A stretch of DNA of 45,262 nt from Actinomycetota bacterium (GTDB lineage Bacteria; Actinomycetota; Thermoleophilia; Miltoncostaeales; Miltoncostaeaceae). This document shows, piece by piece, positions 44,337-45,262 of the stretch. The position numbers were made by a program, and so were the translations under genes. Below the pieces are notes generated by a model. It saw nothing but the letters and a program-made list of their open reading frames with translations. It was not told where the DNA came from and did not search any database. Within the stretch, counting starts at the first letter, position 1; every line of letters begins with the position of its first letter. Location: positions 1 through 45,262 of the forward strand of contig SXQZ01000202.1 of assembly GCA_005792725.1 (NCBI GenBank), read 5' to 3'.

Positions 44337-45101
44337 TCAGCGTGCGAACCGCGCAATCCCCGCGAAGTTGTCGTTCGTGGCGACCATCGTGACCGAGTAC
44401 TTGTTCGCGCCACGGATGTCCGGGATGACGACCTTTGCTGAACCGTACGGGGAGAGGACCACCCTCCTCAGCACTTTGCTACCGCGCTTGATCACGGCGT
44501 GGTCGGCCGGAGTCGTCGGGATGACGACCTGGCGGCGGTAGGTCGGCGCGACGCCATTCTGAAATGACGCGTTCCGGTCGGCGCGGATGGTCAGTGCAAG
44601 ACGGCGCCCGCTGACGCGCGTAGGCGTGACCGAGACATCGGTCCGGCGCTTGATTGCGAACGGCGCCGCGAGTGTGACCTTGTACGGCGGATTCGTCGGG
44701 GTGTATCCCAGCGCTCGCTTGACCACCACGGCACCATCGGCCGCTTGGGTAAAGCGGCCGAAGAGCCACCCCGGTGCGGGCGGGGCGGAGATGTCACCAT
44801 GCTCCCTCGAACCCAGCGTCATCACGCCCGGCCCCCGCGGGCCCCAGCTGGCAAGGTGCAACTCGTAGCGGGTCTGGAAGGTGTTGGTGGTCGGATTGAA
44901 TACCCGCCGTTGCGTCGTCACGAGCGAACCCTGCACCATCGCACGGCTCTGGAGGACCATGTAGATGCTGTAGTCACGCGAGTTGTACGTGAACCCCTGG
45001 CAGGTGACCGCGGAGTCCGGGACGACGAAGTAGTCCTCCTGACCCCACACGTAGGAATACCTCGGCTCAAGAGCGACGACGCAGGTTGGCGCGGCCGCCA
45101 C
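44337..45101 (-). CDS. Hypothetical protein (254 aa) in a lower-GC segment; possibly 5'-truncated
   Basis: Long ORF with composition atypical for this window (rich in Thr, Tyr, Asn, Ser, Lys, Val); the C-terminal half looks beta-rich. The first start is GTG at 45101. The 21 in-frame codons upstream (…LVLARPFSVIRAV) look like part of a signal peptide but have no start codon after the in-frame TGA. Confidence 0.55.
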   Translation of the reverse strand: MAAAPTCVVALEPRYSYVWGQEDYFVVPDSAVTCQGFTYNSRDYSIYMVLQSRAMVQGSLVTTQRRVFNPTTNTFQTRYELHLASWGPRGPGVMTLGSREHGDISAPPAPGWLFGRFTQAADGAVVVKRALGYTPTNPPYKVTLAAPFAIKRRTDVSVTPTRVSGRRLALTIRADRNASFQNGVAPTYRRQVVIPTTPADHAVIKRGSKVLRRVVLSPYGSAKVVIPDIRGANKYSVTMVATNDNFAGIARFAR

Positions 45102-45137
45102 GGCACGGATGACGCTGAACGGCCGCGCGAGAACGAG

Positions 45138-45168
45138 ACGATAGTTGAGCCCGCCCGGAACCTGTCAA
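45138..45168 (-). promoter_or_regulatory. Candidate sigma-70-type promoter for the 44337-45101 gene
   Basis: On the minus strand there is a perfect TTGACA (45168-45163), a 19-nt spacer, then TATCGT (TANNNT class, 45143-45138). This lies 36 nt upstream of the GTG at 45101. The spacer is at the long end of what is tolerated. Confidence 0.3.
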
Positions 45169-45262
45169 CCCGAATGAGACACCTGTGCGTGGAATTTAGG
45201 GAGCAACCACCTCCCTTGCGGGCCGGTTGATCCAAGCAGCGCTCGGCACCGGGGGCGGTGTC

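Overview
This is a very GC-rich window; single 60-nt lines counted by hand reach about 80% GC. Gene content points to an actinobacterial-type chromosome: a SepF paralog, an FHA/MerR pair like odhI-ftsR, lipoprotein c-type cytochromes, and many 4-nt ATGA/GTGA start-stop overlaps. The class-level guess (a deep-branching Actinomycetota lineage) is inference only. Almost all of it is densely packed core housekeeping DNA. Main blocks are the envelope/isoprenoid cluster uppS-cdsA...dxr-rseP-ispG-proS, then apt, ferritin, lemA-htpX, hslR, a DrrAB-like ABC exporter, a K+ channel plus deacetylase, serS, ETF-quinone oxidoreductase with two lipoprotein cytochrome c paralogs, and tmk-holB. There are six tRNA genes: Pro-GGG, Arg-ACG, Ser-GCU, Ser-UGA, Ala-CGC and Thr-CGU. 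I found no rRNA, CRISPR array, transposase, integrase, or recognisable defence or toxin-antitoxin module, and I cannot honestly point to a clear novel multi-gene system. The observations most worth a second look are listed here. (1) serS appears to start at a CTG codon behind a strong Shine-Dalgarno. (2) A 44-nt tandem repeat of about 2.7 copies straddles the ETF-QO stop codon. (3) The last ~0.9 kb, just after tRNA-Thr, drops about 10 GC points and carries an orphan gene, so it may be an island edge. (4) A CpsB-like PHP protein appears to have lost several metal ligands. (5) An orphan SepF paralog lacks the N-terminal membrane helix. (6) A block of uncharacterised genes sits at 15.0-17.6 kb. 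Many long ORFs in the supplied track are GC-driven shadow frames antisense to conserved genes and were rejected.
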